Of a stretch of DNA of 64,000 nt, positions 31,092 to 41,053 are shown piece after piece; the first letter of the stretch is position 1; each line of letters starts with the position of its first letter. The position numbers and the translations under genes were made by a program. The DNA comes from an uncultured Chloroflexia bacterium (GTDB taxonomy: Bacteria; Chloroflexota; Limnocylindria; Limnocylindrales; CSP1-4). Under the pieces are notes generated by a model. It was not told the DNA's origin and did not search any database. It saw only the letters and a program-made list of their open reading frames with translations. The stretch covers positions 41,040 through 105,039 of the forward strand of contig CAVRVI010000005.1 in assembly GCA_963724635.1 (NCBI GenBank), written 5' to 3'.

Positions 31092-32354
31092 TCAGCCGGC
31101 GCCGGCCACGCCCTGCGCGTCGCGCAGCGCCACGAACAGGATCGAGGCGGCGCTGAGCGCGGCGCGCGATCGACCGTTGCGGCCACCCAGGAATGCCATC
31201 CGATGCTCGACCGCCTCGCCCTCCGGCGTGACGACGGCCACGGTGACGTCCGTGTCCCCGCCGCGGTCGCGGACGGCGACCGCCAGCCCGACGGTGGCCG
31301 GCCCCGACGCCCGGACGGCTCGGGCCCGCTCCAGGAGCGCCCCATCCCGAGCCTCGGGCTCGTCGCCGAGATCGTCTGCGGCGCGCGACTCGTCGAGGAC
31401 CAGCCAGTCCACGTCCCCGAGCACGACGGCGAGCTGCCCGCGAGTCCCGATCTCGCAGACCGCGAGGTCCCAGCCAAGCTCGCCCAGGCGCGCCCCGATC
31501 GCGTCGGACCAGGTCGTGTCGCCGGTCGCCCAGATGTGTTGCCCGAGGCGTTCCTCCACGATCCGGGCCGTCGTGTCCACGACGGGTCCGGCCGGCCGGT
31601 CCGGCCGGCCAAGGGCGGAGATCCGGACATCCACAGCCTCGACGCGCGCGTAGGTCGCGACCTCGGGATCGCCACCGCGGAGCAGCTCCTCGCCCAGGAT
31701 CTCGGCCACCTGCGACTCGCCGATCCCCATGAGCCGGTAGGTGCGCGCCGCAACGTCGGCCCCCAGGCCACTGGCGCGCGCCACCAAGTGGGGCAGGGCC
31801 TCGTCGTGCCACATCGGACGCATCTCGCGCGGCGGCCCGGGGAGCGCGACGATGACCCGGCCGTCGGGTCGGCTGACGAGCCAGCCGGGCGCGGTCCCAT
31901 TGGGATTGGCGAGGGCCACCGCCGACGGGATCAGCCAGGCCTGCTTGCGATTGCTCTCGGGGAATGGGATGTGGCGCCGGGCCCACAGTCCCCGGAGCCA
32001 GCGTTCCAGGACAGGATCCACGACCGGGGTCTCGTCACAGACCGCGGCGATGGCCTCGCGGGTGAGGTCATCGGGCGTCGGCCCGAGTCCACCGGTCGAG
32101 ATCACGAGGTCCGCACGCGCCAGACCAGCCGCATACGCCTCCGTCACGGCCTCCAGCCGGTCAGGCAGCGCCGTGATCCGTCCCACGGTCACGCCCAGTG
32201 CCGTAAGCGAGCGAGCGAGCTCCCCGGCGTTCGTGTCGCGCGTGTCGCCGACCGTGAGCTCGGAGCCGATGCTCAGCAGTTCGGCGGTGAGCAGGGGTCG
32301 CTGATCCGGGTCGGGTCGGGCATCCACGGCCCCAGCGTAGCGTCCCTGTAGCAC
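31092..32354 (-). CDS. cinA: Competence/damage-inducible protein CinA (MoCF-binding domain + CinA C-terminal domain)
   Basis: LLSIGSELTVGDTRDTNAGELA is molybdopterin-binding-like. The CinA C-terminal domain follows. The exact start is uncertain, with alternative GTG codons. Confidence 0.75.
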   Translation of the reverse strand: MLQGRYAGAVDARPDPDQRPLLTAELLSIGSELTVGDTRDTNAGELARSLTALGVTVGRITALPDRLEAVTEAYAAGLARADLVISTGGLGPTPDDLTREAIAAVCDETPVVDPVLERWLRGLWARRHIPFPESNRKQAWLIPSAVALANPNGTAPGWLVSRPDGRVIVALPGPPREMRPMWHDEALPHLVARASGLGADVAARTYRLMGIGESQVAEILGEELLRGGDPEVATYARVEAVDVRISALGRPDRPAGPVVDTTARIVEERLGQHIWATGDTTWSDAIGARLGELGWDLAVCEIGTRGQLAVVLGDVDWLVLDESRAADDLGDEPEARDGALLERARAVRASGPATVGLAVAVRDRGGDTDVTVAVVTPEGEAVEHRMAFLGGRNGRSRAALSAASILFVALRDAQGVAGAG

Positions 32355-32449
32355 CGACGATCACTCGTGGCGGTCGGAGGCGGCGGTCGGAGGTCCGGCC
32401 CGCGCGGTATCATCGAGTTCGCATTTCGACGCGCCCGAGCCCTTCGGGC

Positions 32450-33316
32450 GTGGTCCTCCCCAGCGGAGACAGCACCCTGGACCAGCCCAGTCCTCCACCG
32501 AAGCCCGCGCCCAAGCCGGCACCGCCCGGCCTGCGGACCCAGTTCGGGGCGACCCGCGATGCCGCGTATCGGCTGGCGATGGCGCATGTCGACCTGGCCA
32601 AGGCCGAGTTCAGCGCCATCGGCGGCCAGATCGCGCGGGCAGCGGCCCTCGGCGGCATCGCCTTCGCCGTCGTCCTGCTGGCCGGGATCCTGCTCGTGGT
32701 CGGCACCGCCCTCTTCACCTCGGAGTGGCTACTGGGGTCCATGGGCTGGGGCGTCATCCACGGCGTCCTTCTCTTCGCCGGCATCGCGACGGCCTGTGGC
32801 CTGGCGATCGTCGGCATGTCCGGAAGCCGCATCGCGCGGTCGCTCTTCGTGGCCCTCCTCATCGGCGTCCTCGCGTCGATCGTCTTCGCCCTGGACCTGT
32901 TCAACCAGGTCTATGCCGCGATCGGCGACGCCGCGTTGCCAAACGTCGAGCCCGGGGTCCGGCCCCTCGTCGTCGGGCTGATCATCTGGGGGGTCGTCGG
33001 CCTGCTGCTGGGCATCGGGCTCGCCTTCCGCCTGAAGACCGCCGGGTCGCGGTTCGGCGCGATCTTCGGGCTCGCGCTGGCGGGTGCGGCGATCGGCGCG
33101 TTCACGGCCATCACGTTCGGTGCCCAGGCGGGGATCGGGATCGGCGCGACGATCGGCTGGGCCGCGTGGATCGCCCTCATGGCGATGGACATCTCCCGGA
33201 CCGGCATCGACCAGGAGGCGCTGAAGGCCCGCTTCTATCCAGTCAAGACGATCGAGACCAGCAAGGAGACGCTCGAGTGGCTACAGAGCAAGATGCCGCC
33301 CGGGATCGGGTCCTAG
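32450..33316 (+). CDS. Putative actinobacterial holin-X-like membrane protein (duplicated module)
   Basis: There is a Pro-rich N-terminus, then YRLAMAHVDLAKAEF, then multiple TM helices. The length is about twice that of typical family members. Confidence 0.5.
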   Translation: MVLPSGDSTLDQPSPPPKPAPKPAPPGLRTQFGATRDAAYRLAMAHVDLAKAEFSAIGGQIARAAALGGIAFAVVLLAGILLVVGTALFTSEWLLGSMGWGVIHGVLLFAGIATACGLAIVGMSGSRIARSLFVALLIGVLASIVFALDLFNQVYAAIGDAALPNVEPGVRPLVVGLIIWGVVGLLLGIGLAFRLKTAGSRFGAIFGLALAGAAIGAFTAITFGAQAGIGIGATIGWAAWIALMAMDISRTGIDQEALKARFYPVKTIETSKETLEWLQSKMPPGIGS

Positions 33317-33873
33317 CGGCTCGCGCGGACCTCGGCGAGCAGCTCCAGGTCCTGGAGGCGTCCGGGCGTGCGGCGATCGATATCAAGGCCAAGGTCCGCC
33401 GGAACCCGGCGCGTGCCGTCGCCATCGCCGGTGGCGTGGGATTCCTCGCGCTGCGCGGTCCCCAGCGGATCATCCGTGGGACACGGCATGCCATCTTCGG
33501 CAAGCCGTCCCCGATGCCCAAGTCCCTCCTGCCCGAAGAAGTCGACAAGACCCTCCGATCGTTCGGGGAGGATGGCGATAAGGTCCGGGCGGTCCTGGAG
33601 CGCGACTTCGCCCTGTACGCGAAGCAGGCGAACAGGCAGCGACTGAGCCTCAAGACGATCATGACCGTCGCGATCGCCCGGCCGGTCCTCCTGGCGGTCT
33701 CCAAGCGGGCGGTCACCTCGTTGTTCGCGCCGCAGGAAGGCGACTTCTCCGCCCGCCTCGCCGAGGTGCGCGCCCGGGCCGAACGCGGCCTCGAGCAGAT
33801 GACGGCCGGCGCCCCGCCCGCCGGCGCGCCACTCGACGACCTGACGATCAAGGACGCCCCCAAGACCACCTGA
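33277..33873 (+). CDS. DUF3618-like protein with one TM segment
   Basis: A GTG start at 33277 overlaps the upstream gene by 40 nt. The coiled N-terminus is followed by AVAIAGGVGFLAL. This family is commonly paired with holin-X-like genes. Confidence 0.4.
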   Translation: MATEQDAARDRVLAARADLGEQLQVLEASGRAAIDIKAKVRRNPARAVAIAGGVGFLALRGPQRIIRGTRHAIFGKPSPMPKSLLPEEVDKTLRSFGEDGDKVRAVLERDFALYAKQANRQRLSLKTIMTVAIARPVLLAVSKRAVTSLFAPQEGDFSARLAEVRARAERGLEQMTAGAPPAGAPLDDLTIKDAPKTT

Positions 33874-33936
33874 TCCCGCGTGCGCGACGGTCGCGACGTT
33901 CGTCGCGGCGTCGCTGGCCCGCTAGACTCCCTTCAC

Positions 33937-34024
33937 GGGCGAGTGGCGGAATGGCAGACGCGCCGGCCTTAGGAGCCGGTGTCCCGTGAGGGACGTGGAG
34001 GTTCGACCCCTCTCTCGCCTACCA
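33937..34024 (+). tRNA. tRNA-Leu (anticodon UAG), type II long variable arm, encoded CCA
   Basis: The 88-nt cloverleaf has acceptor GGGCGAG/CTCGCCT, D-arm GCGGAATGGCAGACGC, anticodon loop CTTAGGA, variable-arm hairpin GTCCC-GTGA-GGGAC and T-arm GGAGGTTCGACCCCTCT. The discriminator is A, followed by CCA. Confidence 0.8.
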
Positions 34025-34074
34025 GTCATGGCCGCCGGGCCTCCTCGGGGACCGCGCCCTATACTTCCCGGGCG

Positions 34075-35523
34075 ATGCAGATCACCCGAACCCCCGCCCC
34101 CAAGTCGTCCATCCTGCTCGAGATCGAGCTCCCCCCCGAGCGCCTGGACCGGGCCGTCAACGACGCCGTTCGTGCCCTCTCGCGCCGGACTCGCGTCCCA
34201 GGGTTCCGTCCCGGCAAGGCCACGCGGCCGGTCCTGGAGCGGACGCTCGGCCCCGGCGCCGTCCTCGATGAGGCCGTGGACCACCTGATCCAGGATGCCT
34301 ATCGCGAGGCGATCATCCAGGAGGACATCCTCCCGCTGACCAATGCGGACGTGGAGGTCGTGCAGGCCGAGGAAGGCAAGCCCGTGGTCTTCAAGGCCAC
34401 CGTCCCGGTCCGTCCGGACGTCACCTTGGGCGACTACAAGGGATTCAACTTCGCGCCCGAGATCGACGAGATCGACGACGCTCGCGTGGACCAGGTCGTC
34501 GAGGAGCTGCGTGACCAGAACGCGACCCTTGGCCCCGTCGACGATCGCGGCGCCAAGGACGGCGACTACGCGGTCATCGCGTTCGTGGGCACCCGCGACG
34601 GCGAGCCGTTCGAGGGCGGCACGGCGGACCGGATGCCGCTGATCCTGGGCCAGGAGCGACTGATCCCCGGGTTCGAGACGAATCTCATCGGGCTCAAGGT
34701 GGGCGAGTCGACTGCGTTCGATATCACCTTCCCCGAGGATTACGGCGAGCCCAGCCTGGCCGGACAGACCGCCCACTTCGCGGTCGACCTCAAGGAGTTG
34801 CGCGAGAAGATCCAGCCCGATCTCGACGAGGACTTCTTCTCCAGCCTCGGGGACTTCACGACCCTCGACGACCTGCGCGCCGATATCAAGGCGCGGCTGG
34901 AGGCCAATGCGCTCGATCGCGCGCGCCATGCCTTCGCCGACCGGATCATCGAGTACGCCGTCGCCAATGCGACAGTGGAGCTCCCCGACGTGCTCATCGA
35001 CCAGGAGGTCGAGGTCATGCACGACGAGTTCCGCGGGTCGCTGGCGCGCCAGGGCATCACCGAGGAGGCCTACCTCAAGGCCGTCGAGAAGACCGGCGAG
35101 GACATGCACGCCGAGTTCCGGCCCGGTGCCGAGAAGCGGGTCAAGACCCTGCTCGTCCTCTCCAAGGTCGCGGACACCGAAGGCATCGAGGTTCCCGAGA
35201 TCGATGTCGACGCCGAGGTCGCCCAGGGCCGCGAGCGCTATGCGAGCGACCCCAAGCTCATCGACTACTTCGAGTCGGAGCGCGGCCGGGCCTTCATCCG
35301 CAGCACGCTCCGGCGCAGTCGCGTGGTCGAAGTCATCATCGACGGCTGGCTGGTGGCCCATCCCGAGCATCCGGCCCTGCCGCACCTCGAAGACGGCCCC
35401 GCGTCGGCGGTGAGCAACGAGCAGGCCCAGGCCAATGCCAGCATCGGCGCCACCGATCCCGGCACCGTCATCGCCGACGAGCCCATCGAGGTGGCCGCGG
35501 ACGCACCCGCGGCTGCTGGATGA
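34075..35523 (+). CDS. tig: Trigger factor
   Basis: The N-terminal ribosome-binding motif is GFRPGKA. The FKBP-like middle domain and the C-terminal domain are present. The gene sits immediately upstream of clpP. Confidence 0.85.
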   Translation: MQITRTPAPKSSILLEIELPPERLDRAVNDAVRALSRRTRVPGFRPGKATRPVLERTLGPGAVLDEAVDHLIQDAYREAIIQEDILPLTNADVEVVQAEEGKPVVFKATVPVRPDVTLGDYKGFNFAPEIDEIDDARVDQVVEELRDQNATLGPVDDRGAKDGDYAVIAFVGTRDGEPFEGGTADRMPLILGQERLIPGFETNLIGLKVGESTAFDITFPEDYGEPSLAGQTAHFAVDLKELREKIQPDLDEDFFSSLGDFTTLDDLRADIKARLEANALDRARHAFADRIIEYAVANATVELPDVLIDQEVEVMHDEFRGSLARQGITEEAYLKAVEKTGEDMHAEFRPGAEKRVKTLLVLSKVADTEGIEVPEIDVDAEVAQGRERYASDPKLIDYFESERGRAFIRSTLRRSRVVEVIIDGWLVAHPEHPALPHLEDGPASAVSNEQAQANASIGATDPGTVIADEPIEVAADAPAAAG

Positions 35524-35573
35524 CCCTTCGACCCGACCCAGACCTCACCCAGGATCACCCAGGGAGACCCCAG

Positions 35574-36248
35574 ATGCTCGTCCCGATGGTCATCGAATCC
35601 TCCAGCCGGGGGGAGCGCGCCTACGACATCTACTCGCGCCTGCTGCGTGAGCGGATCATCTTCCTCGGCGATGCGATCGAGGATCACCTCGCGAACCTCG
35701 TCATCGCCCAGCTCCTGTTCCTCGACTCGGAGGATCCCGAGAAGGACATCAGCCTGTATATCAACTCGCCCGGCGGCCAGGTGACGAGTGGCCTCGCCAT
35801 CTACGACACCATGCAGTACGTCCGCGCCCCCGTGAGCACCATCTGCATCGGCATGGCGGCGTCCATGGCCGCGGTCCTGCTGGCCGCCGGCCGAAAGGGC
35901 AAGCGCTACGCCCTGCCGAACAGCCGGATCATGATCCACCAGGGTTCGGGCGGCTTTCGCGGTGCTCCCCCGGATGCGCTCATCCAGATGAAGGAATGGG
36001 AGTTCCTCGTCTCGCGCAACCACGAGATCCTCAGTCGCCACACGGGCCAGCCGCTGGAGAAGATCGTCCACGACACGGAGCGAGACTTCTTCATGGCGCC
36101 CGAGGCGGCGCAGGACTATGGCATCATCGACGCGGTGTACTCGGAGCAGTGGGATTCGCTCACGGCGCAGCACCATGACGAAAAGGTGGCAGACGAGGCT
36201 ACCGAGTCCAAGGATGCTCCGGAGCCCAAGCGCTCCAAGAACGACTAG
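35574..36248 (+). CDS. clpP: ATP-dependent Clp protease proteolytic subunit
   Basis: The catalytic Ser context is MAAS. The sequence also contains RIMIHQ and YINSPGG. GGGAGA precedes the ATG. Confidence 0.85.
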   Translation: MLVPMVIESSSRGERAYDIYSRLLRERIIFLGDAIEDHLANLVIAQLLFLDSEDPEKDISLYINSPGGQVTSGLAIYDTMQYVRAPVSTICIGMAASMAAVLLAAGRKGKRYALPNSRIMIHQGSGGFRGAPPDALIQMKEWEFLVSRNHEILSRHTGQPLEKIVHDTERDFFMAPEAAQDYGIIDAVYSEQWDSLTAQHHDEKVADEATESKDAPEPKRSKND

Positions 36249-36272
36249 GCGCGAGAGGACCGAGACGGGCAC

Positions 36273-37583
36273 GTGACGACGACCAGCAGCAGCAAGGGAC
36301 CCAAGGTCCCGTATCGCTGCTCCTTCTGTGGCAAGAGCCAGGAGCAGGTCCGCAAGCTCATCGCGGGCCAGGGCGTCTACATCTGCGACGAATGCATCAA
36401 CCTCTGCCAGGAGATCATCGAGGAGGAGATGCTGGAGGCGCCGCGCCCCAAGGCGGCCGCGTCCAAGCTCCCCAACCCGCACCAGATCAAGGACGCCCTC
36501 GACCAGTACGTCATCAGCCAGGAGCGGGCCAAGAAGGTCCTCTCGGTCGCGGTCTACAACCACTACAAGCGGGTCAACGCCGGCCACCAGGTGGACGACG
36601 TGGAGCTCCAGAAGTCCAACGTGCTCCTGGTCGGCCCCACCGGGTCGGGCAAGACGCTGCTGGCCCAGACGCTCGCGCGGGTCCTGGACGTCCCGTTCTG
36701 CATCGCTGACGCGACCTCCCTGACCGAGGCCGGCTACGTCGGCGAGGACGTGGAGAACATCCTTCTGCGGCTCATCCAGGCGGCTGACTTCGACGTCGCC
36801 CGGGCCCAGCGCGGGATCATCTATATCGACGAGATCGACAAGATCGCACGCAAGGCGGACAACCCGTCGATCACCCGCGACGTGTCGGGCGAGGGCGTCC
36901 AGCAGGCTCTGCTCAAGATCCTCGAGGGCACGGTCGCCAACGTCCCGCCGCAGGGCGGCCGAAAGCACCCCCACCAGGACTTCATCCAGATCGACACCAC
37001 CAACGTCCTGTTCATCTGTGGCGGCGCGTTCGATGGCCTGGAGCGGATCGTCGAGGAGCGCGTGGGCAAGCGCGCTATCGGGTTCGGGTCGGAGGCGCCG
37101 ATGGGCTCCGTGGAGCGGGGCAAGGTGCTCGAGAAGGTGATGCCCGAGGATCTGCTCAAGTTCGGCCTGATCCCGGAGTTCATCGGGCGCCTGCCGGTCA
37201 TGGTGACGCTCACCGCGTTGACCGCCGATGACCTGGTGCGCGTCCTGACCGAGCCGAAGAACGCGGTCACGCGTCAGTTCCAGAAGTTCCTGTCCCTCGA
37301 CAAGGTGGAACTCGCCTTCACGCCGGGGGCGTTGCGCGCCGCGGCCGAGGTGGCGCTGGACCGCAAGACCGGTGCCCGTGCCCTGCGCTCCATCGTCGAG
37401 GAATCGCTGCTCGAGGTCATGTACGACATCCCGGACCGGTCGGAAGTCCGCAAGTGCATCATCACGGAGGAGACGATCCGCGAGGGGCGTCTGCCGCTCC
37501 TGCTGACGAAGACGGACGTGGACGGCGGGGTCGACGAGACCAACTACGCCGAGTGGCTCGCCGAGCGGGGCGAGACCGCCTGA
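36273..37583 (+). CDS. clpX: ATP-dependent Clp protease ATP-binding subunit ClpX
   Basis: The N-terminal zinc-binding motif is CSFCGK...CDEC. Walker A is GPTGSGKT. The start codon is GTG. Confidence 0.9.
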   Translation: MTTTSSSKGPKVPYRCSFCGKSQEQVRKLIAGQGVYICDECINLCQEIIEEEMLEAPRPKAAASKLPNPHQIKDALDQYVISQERAKKVLSVAVYNHYKRVNAGHQVDDVELQKSNVLLVGPTGSGKTLLAQTLARVLDVPFCIADATSLTEAGYVGEDVENILLRLIQAADFDVARAQRGIIYIDEIDKIARKADNPSITRDVSGEGVQQALLKILEGTVANVPPQGGRKHPHQDFIQIDTTNVLFICGGAFDGLERIVEERVGKRAIGFGSEAPMGSVERGKVLEKVMPEDLLKFGLIPEFIGRLPVMVTLTALTADDLVRVLTEPKNAVTRQFQKFLSLDKVELAFTPGALRAAAEVALDRKTGARALRSIVEESLLEVMYDIPDRSEVRKCIITEETIREGRLPLLLTKTDVDGGVDETNYAEWLAERGETA

Positions 37584-37593
37584 TCGCGAGCAC

Positions 37594-37634
37594 CACGGCC
37601 GGGCCGGGATCGCGGGACCGCAGACCCCGGCCGA
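37594..37634. terminator. GC-rich hairpin between convergent clpX and DUF4242 gene (possible bidirectional terminator)
   Basis: The inverted repeat GGCCGGG...CCCGGCC encloses about a 20-nt loop. No strong U-tract is present. Confidence 0.3.
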
Positions 37635-37647
37635 CCGACACGCGTCG

Positions 37648-37899
37648 CTAGGCGACTTCGATCGGGACCTCGTAGACCTGCGGCGTCGGGTGCCCGGCAC
37701 GCTCGTGCACGCGCATGACCGCTTCCTTGGACGGGCCGGTCGCGAGGCAGAAGACCTTGCCGGACTCCGGGTCGAGCCAGGCGTGCTCGTAGTGCACGCC
37801 CTCCTGGGCCTCGATGTCGAGGTCGCGCTGGTGGGCTTCGGCGAGCTGCTGCGCGCTCACGCCGAAGAAGCCGTCGTGGACATCCATGAACTTGGCCAT
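37648..37899 (-). CDS. DUF4242 family protein (SCO4226-like)
   Basis: The N-terminus is MAKFMDVHDGFFGV. GGAG lies 8 nt upstream of the ATG. Confidence 0.55.
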   Translation of the reverse strand: MAKFMDVHDGFFGVSAQQLAEAHQRDLDIEAQEGVHYEHAWLDPESGKVFCLATGPSKEAVMRVHERAGHPTPQVYEVPIEVA

Positions 37900-37979
37900 C
37901 GGTGGTTCTCCGTTGCGGATCGTGACGGCCGTCCTTGACCGTCGCTGCCGACACCTTGGCCCGTCCCGCGCCATCCGCC

Positions 37980-37997
37980 ATCGGTCATATGACCGAT
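37980..37997. promoter_or_regulatory. Perfect 18-bp palindrome ATCGGTCATATGACCGAT in divergent intergenic region
   Basis: This is an exact inverted repeat centred on a CATATG core. It lies 80 bp upstream of the DUF4242 start and upstream of the valS leader. Confidence 0.3.
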
Positions 37998-38059
37998 ATC
38001 CCGGGACCGCCCAGCGACCTGGATGGGCGCCAAGCCCGTGCTACACTCCCGCCCTCACG

Positions 38060-38300
38060 GCGACGACCGAGAGGAGTAGCGTCGGGCACGGCCCCGGAGC
38101 GAGCGCGGGATGGTGCGAGCCGCGCGGGACCACCGGCGTGAAGGTCGCTCGCGAGCCGTGACGGCTGACGCCCGATAGCGCGTCGAGAGGATGCCGGACC
38201 ACGGTCCGCGCGATGAGCGCGATCCGCCGGGCATCGAACCAGCAGGTGGTACCACGACCCGTTCGTCCGCTGGACGAGCGGGCGTCGTTGTTTCTGTGGG
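38060..38300 (+). promoter_or_regulatory. T-box riboswitch leader (transcription-termination type) upstream of valS
   Basis: AGAGAGG and AGTA lie at 38068-38078. The GAAC box is at 38237-38240. The T-box core GGTGGTACCACG is at 38245-38256 and overlaps the 5' half of a terminator. That terminator is CCCGTTCGTCC-gct-GGACGAGCGGG followed by TTGTTTCTGT. GUC (Val) triplets at 38081 or 38144 are candidate specifier codons. Confidence 0.55.
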
Positions 38301-38317
38301 GAAGTCGAGGACGAGCG

Positions 38318-41029
38318 ATGACGGATCTGCCCAAGGCCTATACGCCGCGCGACGTCGAAGGCGCGATCTACGAGCGCTGGCTGGCGGCGGACGTCTTCGC
38401 TCCCGATGGGGCGGGTTCAACCGCCGATCCCGACCTGCCGCCGTTCACCATCATCCAGCCGCCGCCCAACATCACCGGGTCGCTCCACCTCGGGCACGCC
38501 CAGCGGACCACGGTCGAGGACTTGATGATCCGGCACGCCCGGATGCGTGGGCACGCGGCGCTGTTCCTGCCGGGTCTCGATCACGCGAGCATCGCCGCCC
38601 AGTTCGTCCTCGACGGGATCCTGGCCAAGGAGGGCGAGACCCGCCAGTCGCTGGGTCGCGACCGCTATCTCGAGCGGATGCGCGCGTTCGTGGCGACCAC
38701 ACGGGTCACGATGCTCAGCCAGCAGCGACGGGTCGGGGCATCGGCCGACTGGGGCCGGCTCCGCTACACGATGGACGAGGGCTCGGCTCGCGCGGTGCGG
38801 ACCGCGTTCCATCAGCTGTACCGCGACGGCCTCGCGTACCGCACCGAGGCGCTCGTCAACTGGTGCCCGGGCTGCCGAACGAGCGTGAGCGACCTGGAGG
38901 TCGTGCCGACGCCGGAGACGGGCACCCTGTGGTCCGTCCGCTACCACCTGATCGATGCGGCGACCGGCGCGCCCGACCCCGATGCGACGATCACGGTCGC
39001 CACCACACGCCCCGAGACGATCCTGGGCGACACGGCGGTGGCCGTCCATCCGGACGACGAGCGCTATCGGGCGCTGGTCGGGCGCAGCGTGCGCATCCCG
39101 TTCGTGGATCGCGACGTCCCGATCATCGCGGACGATGTCGTGCAGCGCGACTTCGGCACGGGCGCGGTCAAGATCACCCCGGCCCATGACCCGGAAGATC
39201 ACGCGACCGGCAAGCGGCACGGCCTGGCCAGCATCACGGTGCTCGCGGACGACGCCAGCGTGGCTGGGACGGGCACCGCCTACGACGGCCTGGACCGCTA
39301 TGAGGCGCGTCGCCGGATCGTGGCCGACCTCGCGGAGCGCGGCGACCTCGCCGGGGAGCGCGCCCACGAGATGGTCATCGGACGCTGCCAGCGCAGCAAC
39401 GACGTCGTGGAGCCCCGGCTCAAGACCCAGTGGTTCATCCGGACCGAGCCGTTGGCGGCCCGCGCCCTCGCAGCGACGCGATCGCGCGAGGTCCGCATCC
39501 TGCCGGAGCGATTCGAGAAGACATGGGAACACTGGATGACCACGATCCGCGACTGGAACGTGTCGCGCCAGCTGTGGTGGGGACACCGCATCCCGGCCTG
39601 GTATTGCCCGGATGGCCACGTGACCGTCTCGGCGGAGGAAGCCGGACCGTCAGCCTGCGACGTGTGCGCCCGGCCGGCGTCCGAGCTCGTCCAGGATCAG
39701 GACATCTTCGATACCTGGTTCAGCTCCGGGCTGTGGCCATGGTCGACGCTCGGCTGGCCGGAGGACACGGCGGACCTGCGCCGCTTCTATCCGACATCGG
39801 TCATGGAGACCGGCTACGACATCATCTTCTTCTGGGTGGCCCGGATGATGATGCTGGGCATCCACCTGACCGGTGAGCCGCCGTTCCACACGGTCTACCT
39901 GTCCGGCCTGATCCGCGATCCGGAAGGCCAGAAGATGTCCAAGACCAAGGGGAACGTCGTGGATCCGCTCGGGGTGATCGACGAGACGGGTGCGGATGCG
40001 CTGCGCTTCGCCCTGATCCATGGCGCGACGCCCGGCCAGGACCAGCAATTCGGCCCGGTCAAGCTGGAGAACGCCCGGAATTTCGCGAACAAGCTCTGGA
40101 ACGCCACGCGGTTCGTGGTGGGCGCCCGGCCCGCCACCATCGCCGCGGATGCCGAGCGCCGTCTGCCCGACACCCGGCACCTCGGACCGGCGGAGCGCTG
40201 GTTGCTGTCGCGGGCCGCCGCGACGGTGGAGGCCGTCGACCAGGCGATGGCGGGCTACGCCTTCGGCGAGGTGACTCGGCTGGTCTACGACGCGATCTGG
40301 AGCGAGTACTGCGACTGGGGCGTGGAGCTCGCCAAGGTCCGACTCGCCGATGACACGCTCGCACCGGAGGTCCGGGAAGCCACGTGGTGGACCCTCGTGG
40401 AGGTGCTCGACACGTACCTGCGCGTGCTGCATCCGGTCATGCCGTTCGTCACCGAGGCCCTGTGGGCGGCCATCCCGCATCGGGAGACGGATCCGGACCT
40501 GCTCATCGTGGCGCGCTGGCCCGGCGTGGGGGAGCGCGATCTCGCCGCCGAGGCCGAGGTCGGGGCCGTCCTGGACCTCATCCGGGGCATCCGCAACGCT
40601 CGTTCCGAGGCGCGTCTGGAGCCGGTCGCCTGGCTGACGACCGAGGTGGTCGTTCCACAGGCACTCGGCGGGACCTTCGAAACGCTGCGACCGGCGATCG
40701 AGCGACTCGCTCGGGTTCGTCCGCTGGAGCGCCGGCTGACCCGTGAGTCGCTCGCGGACGCCGCGGGCACGCTCGCGGTCATCGCGGGCGAGCTGGAGGC
40801 CGTGATCCATCCGCCCGCGGACACCGCCGATCCCGCGGCGGCGGCGCTGGAACGGGAGCGCCTGGAGCGTGAGCTCGCCGAGGCCGAGACCTGGCTGGCG
40901 CAGGCTCGCGCTCGGCTGGCCAACGACGGCTTCATGGCGAAGGCGCCGCCCGCGGTGGTCGATGGCGCACGGGCACGCGAGGCGGACCTCGCGGACCAGG
41001 TCGAGCGCCTGCGTGACCGACTCGGCTGA
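38318..41029 (+). CDS. valS: Valine--tRNA ligase
   Basis: The ORF is 903 aa. It has the HIGH-type motif PPNITGSLHLGHA and the KMSKS motif KMSKTKGN. A coiled-coil C-terminal domain is present. Confidence 0.9.
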   Translation: MTDLPKAYTPRDVEGAIYERWLAADVFAPDGAGSTADPDLPPFTIIQPPPNITGSLHLGHAQRTTVEDLMIRHARMRGHAALFLPGLDHASIAAQFVLDGILAKEGETRQSLGRDRYLERMRAFVATTRVTMLSQQRRVGASADWGRLRYTMDEGSARAVRTAFHQLYRDGLAYRTEALVNWCPGCRTSVSDLEVVPTPETGTLWSVRYHLIDAATGAPDPDATITVATTRPETILGDTAVAVHPDDERYRALVGRSVRIPFVDRDVPIIADDVVQRDFGTGAVKITPAHDPEDHATGKRHGLASITVLADDASVAGTGTAYDGLDRYEARRRIVADLAERGDLAGERAHEMVIGRCQRSNDVVEPRLKTQWFIRTEPLAARALAATRSREVRILPERFEKTWEHWMTTIRDWNVSRQLWWGHRIPAWYCPDGHVTVSAEEAGPSACDVCARPASELVQDQDIFDTWFSSGLWPWSTLGWPEDTADLRRFYPTSVMETGYDIIFFWVARMMMLGIHLTGEPPFHTVYLSGLIRDPEGQKMSKTKGNVVDPLGVIDETGADALRFALIHGATPGQDQQFGPVKLENARNFANKLWNATRFVVGARPATIAADAERRLPDTRHLGPAERWLLSRAAATVEAVDQAMAGYAFGEVTRLVYDAIWSEYCDWGVELAKVRLADDTLAPEVREATWWTLVEVLDTYLRVLHPVMPFVTEALWAAIPHRETDPDLLIVARWPGVGERDLAAEAEVGAVLDLIRGIRNARSEARLEPVAWLTTEVVVPQALGGTFETLRPAIERLARVRPLERRLTRESLADAAGTLAVIAGELEAVIHPPADTADPAAAALERERLERELAEAETWLAQARARLANDGFMAKAPPAVVDGARAREADLADQVERLRDRLG

Positions 41030-41053
41030 TCTCACGCTCGTTCCCGCAGCGCG

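Noticed and set aside
35265-37700. 811-aa minus-strand ORF over clpP and clpX
   Set aside because: It is antisense to two of the most conserved genes in the window. It has no motifs.
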